Below, piece by piece: positions 35,242-46,400 of a DNA stretch of 64,000 nt. The stretch is from Ramazzottius varieornatus (Eukaryota; Animalia; Tardigrada). Numbering within the stretch: the first letter of the stretch is position 1; each line of letters begins with the position of its first letter. The notes under the pieces were generated by a model. The model ran no database searches. It was not told the origin of the DNA and worked only from the letters and a program-made list of their open reading frames with translations. The position numbers were made by a program, and so were the translations under genes. The stretch covers positions 1,240,001 to 1,304,000 of the forward strand of contig BDGG01000008.1 of assembly GCA_001949185.1 (NCBI GenBank), in the 5' to 3' direction.

Positions 35242-36327
35242 TTAGACACCCAAGCCGATTTCAAGACCAAGAAGATTCAAGCCCAACAGCTGATGTCCCT
35301 TTCTTGGAGCTTTCGTGGTTTGCTGATTATCCTCGTCCCCACTTTCCTCGGTTGTTCGGCGATTATGATGTCCACGACCGCGACCGCGACCGTGATTAGT
35401 CGCGGTAGAAGGAGATTGAGTGGTCGGCCGGCTGGTAAGCGAGGTGTCCGAGTTGTTCGATGTTCCTCCATTCGCGCCATTGTTGTTCTGAGAGCCTGCG
35501 CCTGTATTCTTGGAGGTTGCGGCCTGTCCGCCTTGCGACGCTTCGGTATTGGGTCCGTTGGTATTTAGTCCGGTCGCAGGCCCATTCTGATTCGATTGCC
35601 CGGTGTTGTTCACCGTACTGCTCCCACCATTATTAGTGGACCCACCGTTAGGCTGGTTAGAACCATTACCTTGAGTGTTGGCGTTTAACTTACCGCTATT
35701 CGGCTGGCTGTTTTCAGTACCTTGATTGCTCGCTTGGCTACCATTTGGCTCGCTACTTCCGGTTCCCTGATTGTTCGACTGTCCGTTACCAGGTTGACTG
35801 GTTCCACCCTGGTTGTTCAAAGCCGATTGTCCTCCCTTGGACTGGTTCGGTGAGTTGACGGAAGAGATCCCTTGACCGGTATTACCATTGCCGCTTGCAG
35901 GAACATTACCGGCGTTATTCGATCCCGCATTTTGCCCGCCGTTCGCATCTCCTTGTTGAGCTCCCTGGTTCAGGTTAGAGCTGCCTTGTCCAGCGTTATT
36001 GCCTGTGGCTTGATTGTTGTTTTGGATATTTCCGGGATTAAATCCTGCGTTCTGTCCCGCGTTCAACCCAGCGTTTTGACCAGCATTCTGCCCGGCATTC
36101 TGGCCCGCGTTCGAGTCCGTCTGCGGTGCTAAGGCGCCTGAGTTGTCCGTTGCTGGTTGCCGATTTCCGGTGGTCTGAGGCGCGCCGCCAGTAGTCTCCG
36201 TCGTCACCTTAGCATCCTTGCCGAATGGCTTGAAAGGTTTGAAAGGCTTAAAAATTAATTCGTCGGCATTCACTAGCGCTGCACCTATTCCGACTGCGAA
36301 CAAAACAGGTCCCAGACATGATACCAT
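35242..36327 (-). CDS. Secreted Asn/Gln/Gly-rich low-complexity protein, intronless
   Basis: Signal peptide MVSCLGPVLFAVGIGAALVNA, (FKP)3, NAGQ repeats, a long N/G/Q/S tract and C-terminal LLGLNLLGLEIGLGV. Confidence 0.8.
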   Translation of the reverse strand: MVSCLGPVLFAVGIGAALVNADELIFKPFKPFKPFGKDAKVTTETTGGAPQTTGNRQPATDNSGALAPQTDSNAGQNAGQNAGQNAGLNAGQNAGFNPGNIQNNNQATGNNAGQGSSNLNQGAQQGDANGGQNAGSNNAGNVPASGNGNTGQGISSVNSPNQSKGGQSALNNQGGTSQPGNGQSNNQGTGSSEPNGSQASNQGTENSQPNSGKLNANTQGNGSNQPNGGSTNNGGSSTVNNTGQSNQNGPATGLNTNGPNTEASQGGQAATSKNTGAGSQNNNGANGGTSNNSDTSLTSRPTTQSPSTATNHGRGRGRGHHNRRTTEESGDEDNQQTTKAPRKGHQLLGLNLLGLEIGLGV

Positions 36328-36655
36328 TTCTCCGTAATTCGTAGGATAAACGATGGAATATCCGCGCAGCAATGTAAATTTAGCTGCAGGAAAGCAAGTA
36401 TTTTTCTCTGCAGAAAAATTCATATGATAGAACCGAGAGTTTTTCTGCTGCTGGAAGCTATTGTTCGTACCACTTTATGATAATCAACAGGTTTTCCTCG
36501 TCGACAAATCAAAACTATTCGATTGCCGCTTTGGCCGCATAACTGCATAAAATACTCATTAATTATTACTTTGATTGCCGTAACTCAACAAACGGAAGCC
36601 TAAAAAAACCAGACTAATTCTGCCGACGAGATCAGTCGAAGGATAGAACAGAGGC

Positions 36656-39600
36656 TCATGTACTAGACTGCGGAAGGCTTCCGTTTTGTGATTCTTGGTT
36701 TGTCAGCGCCAGCGACGATAAAGATACAATGCTAGCTGGTTCGTGCGGTATTTCACCGGCATGCGGCTCCACAGAGACCCTTCGTGCAGAGTCCTTGTCA
36801 ACACTTGCTCCCGCTAGATTTCTCTTCTTCTTTGGTATGTACGCGCAAACTTCCTTCTCGATGTGGAAGGTAAAGCCGTCCTTTCCAAGAAGCCAGTACG
36901 TCGGCATCGCGTCCTTTCCCTGCACAAATAGAATTTCTCCACTTCAGTCAAGCATCATAACCAATAATCCATGCAGGAAATAATTTAGTCGACAGACATG
37001 TGACTACCGGACAGACATCGTCAAGAACGCATTAGCCAAAGCTTAACGTACTTTCACTTCCGTCTTGCCGCGGTATTGACAGTCATAACCGCCCAGATCG
37101 TCCAGGATATCCTTCGAGGACTGACTCAGGTGGATCATCAGCTCTAAAAAAGCGGCAAAGTCATAAAATACGTCCAATATCTTTCAGAATTTATAGCGAC
37201 TTCGTAAGTACCTTTTCCAGTCGATTCCTGCGAAAGAAGATCACAGTTTACAGCAAAATTTCTCAGTTTCATCGCAAGGCCAACTTACCATTCGGCTGGC
37301 GGTATTCACAGCATCTCCGAATCTGTGAATGCAAATTTTATCAATATTGACAGCACTTCCCGGCAGACCGCTAGAATCTACCCTCCTTCTCACCACTTAC
37401 AGGCAATACCGAGGCATGCGAAGACCTATAAAGGAATCAAATTGCCATCAAGACAAAGCAGCGTAGTGACATCAGGAGGAAGCAAGAGATAAGCTGTAAC
37501 GACTTCAATTGGTGGAACGCTATGTGGAGCATACCCACAATACCGGCCATGACGGTGCCGGTATGAAAGCCGATCCTCAATAACAGCTTTTCATCTGGCA
37601 TGTGGGGTATCTGGAAGTCCCGAATCAAGTGCTGCAGATCGAGGGCCAAAGTGGCAATCTCGCCTACAAGCCAAAGCGACGTCAACAATATGCGGTCTCA
37701 TCATCGCAGTTCCGGGAAGAAAGCCGAAAGTAATATACTAGACTTAAATATCGACAGAGCTCGAAGATATATTGTACTGTAGTGCTACCAAATTATCGCG
37801 CACTCAACCACGTGAACAGTAAATGATGCCCGCTGACAGCCAGCGAGGCTAAACTGATAACATCTGATCACACCGGACAGCGATGACTCATCACGTGGTT
37901 CAGTGCGCGATAATTTGGTAGCACTACAGTACTATTTTTTAAGTCATATCAGAAGACCTGATAGTAAATTTCAGGATATTTACCTGCGTGTCTTAAACCG
38001 TTTCTGCGAGGCAGTCCTGAGACCATCATGTATGCATCGCCTACAAGAAAATTGAAAATGGAAAGCAGAATTAGGACGCCGCGAAAGAGCGGAACATGAT
38101 CGCTACCGCGGGTGGCGCATCTTTCCCTTGTTATTGGCCGAATGTATGCGCCACCAGGGAAAACGATCATGGAGTCATTTGCCGACATCCCGACTATAAC
38201 AACCCCGAGAAAACCCGATCAATCAAACGAATAAGGAAGTATGAAATGAGGACTTACCGATTGTTTCTACTTTGTAGACGTCATAGATATCTATTCGATC
38301 GTCGAATCTAATTACATAAATTACACAGAGGTAATAATTATATCATTGAACGAACTGGAGAACCGATCCGTAAACGTGAAGGAGTTTTCCTTACTTTGTG
38401 TAAAGAGAGTTCAATAAATTGACCACCTGGAAAGAAATACCAAACCGTTACGAATCAACTCCCTCGTACTCCGAGTTTCAATGGAAAAGGCGAATTTTGT
38501 ATGACATATGAGACGTCGGCAAATGAACTACGCCAGATCGTTTCGTCAAGGGGGCAAAATTCCATTGGTATTAGCTGTAAGTGTGCGCCGCTTGAGAAAA
38601 CGATTTGGTTCATTGCTTTTGCGCAGTTCCCATACGTGCTTCACGCGTCAGAAAAATAAAGCCATGTGCCGTAACCTGTTACCTAATATTTACATTTAAA
38701 AAGCACTTGACAAACCTCTCCAGGACTGGATGCGGCGGAGATCCGCGTGAATCCTACGATATCGGAGAAATAGACCGTAACGGAGTCGAAGGTCTCCGGC
38801 TGGATGGGAACGTTGTCCAACAACGCCCGCGCGACTGATTCGGGGTACAAAAGACCTAGCAGTTCTTCTGCTCGCTGATACCGAAGCAGGATCGCGTTGT
38901 TCTTGTCAGCGGACTCTGAGAGCTGTTGGTCGATCTTACGGCCATGTGACTGGGTTCGTCGCCAGTAGAGGTGATAGAGGGCAGGTAGAACGACCAGAAC
39001 GATGAGAAACAGCAAGACGACTCGGACAATACTACCGGCACCGGCGTACCTCTCACGCTGAAGGTTCTCTAACTGGCAAGCGTGGAGGAGCTGTTCTTTG
39101 CTTCGGAGGTTCTGGATAAGGGATGGCAGAACCGTAAAACTGGAGTTCTCCGAGTCGGTTTGAGAAGGAAGAATGGTGCCGTTTCCGAAGAGCGCTTTTG
39201 ATCTTTCCGAGACGAACCCGTGAAAATGATCTACAAAGTATTCAATCAGCGCAGGTATTTTTTCACCGAAAAAGGCACATGGCATAACATCGTTTCCAAA
39301 TCCGAAAATGAGAACTCAAAAGAAATTCAAAATATTGGATGATCAAGATGGGAAGTGGGTAAACCATTAAACCTGCTTATTTCCCAAGTGGCGCACACTT
39401 TCAGTCAACGCCAATTATAGAGTGCGCCACTTGAAATATTGATCTGGCTTGATACATTTTCCCATGTCCCAGATATCTTTTGAAATTTCTGATTGCCGGG
39501 AGAAACCATGAAAAATTTTCAACAACAAGTGAAAGCTGGATCGCTTTTCAAGTTTACCGAGCATTCGTTTGAAGCTGTCCAGCCATTCGATATAGTGGGG

Positions 39601-41220
39601 AAAACAACAAGGATGTGCCGTATCGGATGACATGTTGGAAATCCGACAAGAAGGCTGCAAACTCCTATCAGCTAGGTCGATTCCCAAGTCGAGAAGGACT
39701 GATAGCCAGAAAGTTAACAATTCACGGTAATCGGGGCTAACTGCCGGGATCACAGAGTTGGTGTGGAGCATGTGGGCTACAGCAGCAAAAGTGTATGACT
39801 GATTAGGGAACTGAGAGCTCGGCACCGATGATGGCCAACGAGTTGACGACCCTTGAGACTCTGACGGGCACTTGACAGGGAAGGTAGTGGGGAGATGGCC
39901 AGATGTTGAATTGCTGCTGGACCTGTGAGGGCTCAAAAAGAGACTGCGTACTAAACGCGGCGTAAACGGGAAGTGTCAACATGGAAAGAGCCAGCAAGGT
40001 ACTAAGTGCAAATCATGATATCCGGCAGTGATCCTCCGCGCCCAACGCTGTTTATACAGGATTAGCAGGAAACCGTGGGACTAACTTCGTCTGCTAGATT
40101 TCATCAACTCGTTCCGGGCGGGTTCATGCCTGTCCTGTCTCCTATCGATAACGTCTGAAAGCTTTACCAACTTCAAACATTTTAGTGTTGGATTTATTGC
40201 TTATTCCTTAGTTTAGTTTATGTTAATGTGTTGATGTGTTAATGCATCTAATGTGATTCGATCTTATCCAAATTGATTTTACACCCGGATGATGATTTAG
40301 ACACTTCCAGCTCTGTTTAGTTGAAAAATCGAATTCAGTTGGAGTTCTGTCCGTAGTAAAAAAATCGAATTGTGAAGATGCCAGAGATAACTTTGGTTTG
40401 ATGCCAGCAAACGAATGTTCAATCGAAAAGACTACAAAGATAACCCCCACAGTGTCTCGCGTTGGTTAATCGAGAGCAGTAGAGCTTTGTGGCAAGCGGA
40501 TTGCGTGGCTACTCACGATCCCTTTGAAAAACTTACTCATGCAAATAATCCACATTACTTCCGGGTAACTTTCCTCTTGCCCCCCGCATTTCCACGGAAA
40601 CGCTAGAACATCAGCTCATGGAGCCTCCCAGAAGAGTAATTAAGCCGACGATCTATGACTTGCACTTGGACCCACCAACAAAAGAAGAGAAAAACGGGAG
40701 AAAAACTCACTAACCTGGCCTCATGACCAGGTTGCGTGTGGGGGAGAAGACTCCATTGCAGCTGATCCAGCACAGTCGTCCTGGCACAATACATGTTGAC
40801 GGCGACCTCTTCTGCCTCCACTAGTCGACCACGTAAGGAAGAGTAATCCAGGACAACAAACAGGACCTCAATTAACATGACAATGATAACTAGAATTAAT
40901 GACGTGAGGGGAAGTGCAAAAGAGCCGAGTTTAATGGGCTGACAATTCTGGCTTTTAGCACAAGGGGCACAAGGCCACTTAGATGATGTGCGGAACACAG
41001 CTCGTGTGATGCAGTTGAGTCTCCAGGGTTTGCGGACAGTGGCCAGCGGTAGATCGCTGTGGACTGGTAGAATTGAAGCCTTCCTACGTTTGAACATGGT
41101 AGTAAAACCTCGAAGAACCATTGGGCGGACTTTCAGGAGCATGTCACGAGGACATGCAGAAGCAGTGAGAACTTGGGTGTCCGAGTCGCTTGTCCAGCAT
41201 AGACAGTCTGGTGGAACCAT
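36656..41220 (-). CDS. Membrane guanylyl cyclase without kinase-homology domain (many small exons; 5' part uncertain)
   Basis: TM IVRVVLLFLIVLVVLPALYHLYW, short coiled coil, then PETFDSVTVYFSDIVGFT, YKVETIGDAYM, LRIGFHTG, MPRYCLFGDAVNTASRMES and TYWLLG. The Glu and Cys indicate GTP specificity. The upstream TM-bearing ORF at 40603-41220 is assigned tentatively. Confidence 0.8.
37777..37929. mobile_element. 153-bp MITE with TA TSD (Tc1/mariner-type) in cyclase intron
   Basis: TIR CTGTAGTGCTACCAAATTATCGCGCACTSAACCACGTGA, flanked by TA on both sides. Confidence 0.88.
38072..38191. mobile_element. Palindromic ~124-bp family copy (cyclase intron)
   Basis: ATGATCG..GGTGGCGCAT-N25-ATGCGCCACC..CGATCAT. 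Confidence 0.72.
38509..38632. mobile_element. Palindromic ~124-bp family copy (cyclase intron), TA-flanked
   Basis: TA|TGAGACGTCGGCAAATGAA..CCAGATCG..GTGCGCCGC..AAAACGATTTGG..CCCA|TA. Confidence 0.72.
39349..39471. mobile_element. Palindromic ~124-bp family copy (cyclase intron)
   Basis: TGGGA..TTTCCCAAGTGGCGCAC-N25-GTGCGCCACTTG..GTCCCA. Confidence 0.78.
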
Positions 41221-42546
41221 GATAAGATAACCATACTAGGATGTCGGGTTGGTTTTCGGCTCCACACTTCCTGTGAGAACAAAGGTCGCGTTAGCAGTCT
41301 GATCGTTCTGGCACTGTTCAAAAGACGTTAGCGTACACTAATTCTCATGTAATACTAATAAGATGCAGCAGGGTTCCAAGAACGGAAAGACTTGGGCGGA
41401 CACAGAAATGTAAAGGTTTAGACAAAACTTTCGTCGATCGAAGCTATCTGTTGTCGTCGGACCGGAACGCAACAAAGCCAACATAAGATTTAACAACGAA
41501 CATGGAAATGGCCTTAACGACAACCAGCACTTATAGCGCGCGCGACCTGCACGAAGGTGCCATCCCACCTTGTCGGCGCTGGTTGCAGAATATTAAAGGA
41601 AGCAGATGATACCATTGGACATCTCGTTGATATTACTGAACACTCACAGTAAGAAGCTTCCGGGAAGGTCCACAGGCACAGACATGATGGCTTATCATAC
41701 ACCCACTCGCCCTTGAATTCGTACAGGTACGCCCTACAGGATAACTTACAGAAGTCCCATGACCCACGTAGAGAGTCACTTACTCAAAGTGCGCTCAAGG
41801 AAAGATCGCATTTGACGGCGCATGTTCCGGCTGTTCTGTCGATATGAAAGTTAACCTTTGTACCAAGAACATGACGAAGACCCAGAGAGGATCTCGAACC
41901 TAAGTTAGAACTGGAGTGAGACACCTGGAAGTCTCTTCCTGCTGCCCGCCTAATCCCAGCGGAAATACTTGCTACGCACTGCTGGATCAGATCACGCACC
42001 GCTTGATTCCCTTGTCGACCAGTAGCTAATTACGAACGAAAAAGACTTCCCAAGGCATCATGCGTGCACACTTTGTAAAGTTTACCGTCTGTATGTACGC
42101 ACAAGCTTTGTGGATCCACTTGGAACTCGGAACGTCCGGAAGGATCTATCCACCACTGGTTCGAGTCAGCAAGCCATATGTGCCTGCTGTCATTAGCTCG
42201 AAATAGATCCAGCGGGGAAAAAGTGCTTTTCTTCTGCCTTTGAAGCTTAATGTAGGCTGATCTCAGCACGACATGGTACCTTGTGAACAATCCGGTGAAC
42301 TACGCCTATGTTCCTACTTCCGAACAATTCGATACATCTTCTTTAATCTGAAAAATCCGTAATTGCACTCCTGGATCCACCACACCCTTGAACAAGTTCA
42401 AACCATTACATCAAACAACGCCTGATTGAGACACATCAATATCTTCCATTAGAGTTATATCAACAACATCGATGTACTATGGATCTATGCACTATTTACG
42501 TACTGTAGTGGTGTCTGTAGTACCCTACTGTAGAGCAGAGGAGCAC

Positions 42547-42969
42547 CTATCTGTTATCCGTCGCGCTTCCCGAACCCGCTAGCGCCTTAAAGGGCCATTG
42601 CCACTGGTTCTCCGGAGCTGTGGCGACCAGTGGTTCCCACGGTCTCCAGTTCAGCATACTGCGGGCGAGTTCCAGTTCGTTATCAGCTTGGAGGATGACT
42701 TCTTCCAGTAGGCCTGCGTTGATCTTCTGCTCTAACTGGACGGGGTCCTTGTACTTTTCCACCATCTCCAGACGTTCTCTCACCACCGCTTCCGCAGACT
42801 GACGGTAGACTGATTCCTGAGGCATCTGCTGAAGGGCGCGAAGTGTTCGGGAGTACGACTGCTTCAATAGGCGATGTGCTTGTTCTTGCACCGGAAGTCC
42901 AGTTAGGCCTGTCGTCCGGAAGGCGTGAGCTACCATGCGCGGTCCTGTACCTCCTAGTGATGCAGCCAT
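42547..42969 (-). CDS. NDUFA5: NADH dehydrogenase 1 alpha subcomplex subunit 5
   Basis: TTGLTGL.V, YR..AE, LEQKINAGLLEEVILQADNELELAR, WRPWEPL and QWQWP. Confidence 0.93.
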   Translation of the reverse strand: MAASLGGTGPRMVAHAFRTTGLTGLPVQEQAHRLLKQSYSRTLRALQQMPQESVYRQSAEAVVRERLEMVEKYKDPVQLEQKINAGLLEEVILQADNELELARSMLNWRPWEPLVATAPENQWQWPFKALAGSGSATDNR

Positions 42970-43468
42970 CCTTGCGAATGTCCTGTAAGGAAATAAATAA
43001 GAACACAAACGACCACACAGTTTCCAGAGTCGGGAATGGGGAAACAGTCAAAACGTGCCTTTTTAATTCAGAACAATAGCAGGGAAAAAGTCGAGACATT
43101 GCGATAAATAGCAGCAGACTAGATTCGCATGGCGTATGGCTGATTGCCATGCTTGATTTGGGGACAAAGATCATTAACCGAGTTTTTTCCCCGCGATAGT
43201 CGTGGCGAAAGGATTTGGAAATCGGGAATCCGTCTTAGAAGTTCGATGAGTTCGATCTCGACGTACGCTCGACAGTTTTCCGTGATTCAGTGACCAGCAG
43301 CACGCCATATGGAGAAGACTAACCATCGCGCGTGAAGTTGGTAATCGGTTTGTGGACTGCGCGTCAAACGGTTATTGTACTCGTACAGTCGTACTTCCGG
43401 AACGATGCTACTCGGGTCGAGTTAACTGTGTTTTCGCCATCAGCACTGGTTTGCGGTCTGTTTCAAAC

Positions 43469-46400
43469 ATGGACAGAGACAGAAGTCCAGAGAAGAGTCC
43501 GAAGAAAGGAGCGGTCCTAAAATCGCGTCCTTTTCGCCTGTAAGTCATTATGCAAACGGTGATAGTCTCGATTCTCGAACTGCTCCTATTCTTTTTTAGA
43601 CTCCATCAACTTATTTCCATAACGCATATCGACTTCAACGCAAAGCGGATAGTTGCCTACACAGAACTTCAGATAAAGCTATTATCACCGGACACGAGGA
43701 ATATCCGTCTAAACTGCAAGCAGTGCAAGATATTCGGTGTGACCATCGACGATGAGATCGACGCGGAATTCAGCCTTGTCGACCCTACTCTGGACATCTG
43801 CCAGGTACTTCTTAACCAAATTTATTGATGGACTATTAAAAATTCTGTGAAAATATTCCGCTTATTCCGTTGAGCAGACCGAAACTGGGAGGTAGCAAAC
43901 AAAAGACCTCACTTTTCACGCACTTGCATACAGGTGGCTTTATGTTGACAACGAGACGCAAGTATGCAGGTACATGAAACTGGAAGAGCTGGCTGCTGAC
44001 TCGTTTGGTTTGCAGTGTTGGGTTTACTTCCGGTACGCTAATCATCTCGGTTTCGCTTTTCACTCTTAGGGAGAGAAGAAAAAGAAAAATCTTGACTTCT
44101 TCTCCAACCAAAACGCGACATTATCCAAACTAACCAGTGCTGATCGAGGAGAAGGCGAGCTGACCATTACGCTCCCTACTCGACCTCGCAGTCCTTCCCT
44201 TACGTCTCTCCACAACTCCGTCACCACTCGAAGTCACAGCGGGGATATCGTCAAGCTCGGTGTCGAGTTCGTGGTCGAGAACCCCCAAGCTGGGTTGTAC
44301 TTCGTTCTTCCAGCCTCGGAAGATGACAAGAAGAAGGGACCCTCTGCTAAGAAATCCCTCGCAGAACGTGGATGCTACCTCTTTTCCGGAGGACCCGAAA
44401 ACTCTTCGAGGCTATGGTTCCCGTGTGTCGATTCGTATGCGGAGTCTTGTCCGTGGAATATCGAAATCACGGTCGACAAAGACCTTACTGCGGTTTCCTG
44501 CGGACAGTTGTTATCGACCGCACTCACACCAGATGATACGCACAAAGTTTTTAGTTATGAGTTAACGATACCAACATGCGCTTCTCACATCGCCATTGCT
44601 GTCGGGTAAATTACCTCGCTCTGGAATAATTCCTATTGTATAATTTGATTAATGTTACTTTGGTATTTTCAGACCTTTCGAAGTCTTCACGGATCCGAAC
44701 ATGAACGAGATGGTTCATTACTGCCTTCCCAGGTTACTTCCTTCGATGAAACATGCTACGAGCTACGTCCACCAAGTCTTCGAGTTCTGTGAAGAGTATT
44801 TGAGCGATCGGTATCCATACAGTATCTATCGCCAAGGTATGTTACACCTGCATACATGAGATCGTAGGTAAGTCATCGGTCGGAAGTATGCATGTTTGTG
44901 AAAAATTCTTTTGTGCTTTCTGTAGTGTTTGTGGACCAGACCTTCGTGGACCTGGCTTCCTACGCCACCCTTAGCATCATTAATTGCAAGTACCTCTCAC
45001 CCAAGCACATTATCGACACACACATTCTGTCTCGAAGTATTATGGCCAGAGGTGTGTGCCAGCAGTTCTTTACCTGCTACCTCCGACCTGGTTCCTGGGA
45101 CGACACCTGGATCGCCTACGGTATTTCTTCCTACCTTCACGGCCTCTGGTACAGAAAATACTTTGGTAACAACGAGCACCGTTACCAAATCTACCAACAG
45201 ATGAGCCAAGTTACGACGTTCGAACGCCAGCAACGCCCGATAGTCTTGGTGAGTAAAAGATGCACAAACTTAGCAAATATTGAACGGGGAAAATTTCTAA
45301 ATAGTTTGTTTCATCTAGGAAAACAAACAAAGTCTGAAGAAAGTACTACTGAAAAATGATTTTATTTTCCAGGTTTCTCCCAAAGAAGCCTTCTACGTCA
45401 ACCAGAACTTTCATTTCCAGCCACTGTTCCCGCAAACGTGCTCAGAAGAGTATAACAACATGCGAGCGTTAAAGGCGCATTTGGTAGTAAGGATGCTGGA
45501 AGATAGGATAGGACAACAGGCGTTGGCGCAAGTCTTTAACAAGATGTTGACACTGGCGGCTAGCTTCGCTGCGTCGAAGGAATACGAAGCTTGGAGTGGC
45601 CTGCTGTTAACTACGGAAGATTTTCTTAAGGGGATCAATACGGTCACGGTAAAAGATATCCAGCCGTTCTTCCAGAAGTGGGTGAATTCCGGAGGACACG
45701 CGAGATTCAAAGCGAGGTTCGGTTATAACCGAAAGAAAAATACGGTCGAGCTGGGGCTCGAACAGGAAGTCTCCAGTAAGTGGACCTTGTAGAAATCAAC
45801 AGCCACCCTCGCTCTGGATGACACAGCAGTTTACCAGCAGCCGGAATTTGCGCAAAAGGTTGTGTTGACCGTACCGCCTGCCATACTGACGCTATTTTCT
45901 GTTCTAGCCAAAAACTGCATCCCCTACGCCGGTCCATTTCCCCTTTCTGTTCAAGAATTGGATGGTGCGACCAAGCACATTGTTCTGGTAGAAGAAAACA
46001 CGACGAAGTACGATGTGGTGTGTCACTCGAAGACTAGAAGACACAAGAAGAAGAGGACGCCAATTTGGACAGGCGAGGAAATGGACATCGACCTGAACGA
46101 CGCCGATCCGGACTGTCCTGTCTTGTGGATAAAGTACGCGCATAGAACCGACCAGTGGATGGTACGTTCTTTTCCACTTTGAGAACTAAATCATGCGATG
46201 ATTCAGGCTGGACCCGGACTTGACGGTCATCCGAACGATCACGTTTGACCAACCTGACTATCAGCTCCTCTTCCTGGTTCGCCATGAACGAGACATCGTA
46301 GCTCAGTTGGCCGGTATCGAAGCGCTGGATGCACTTCCCACTGCTGTCACGAAGACAGTTTTGAACGCAGTCTTCGAGAACGAAAAGTATTGCTTGTGAA

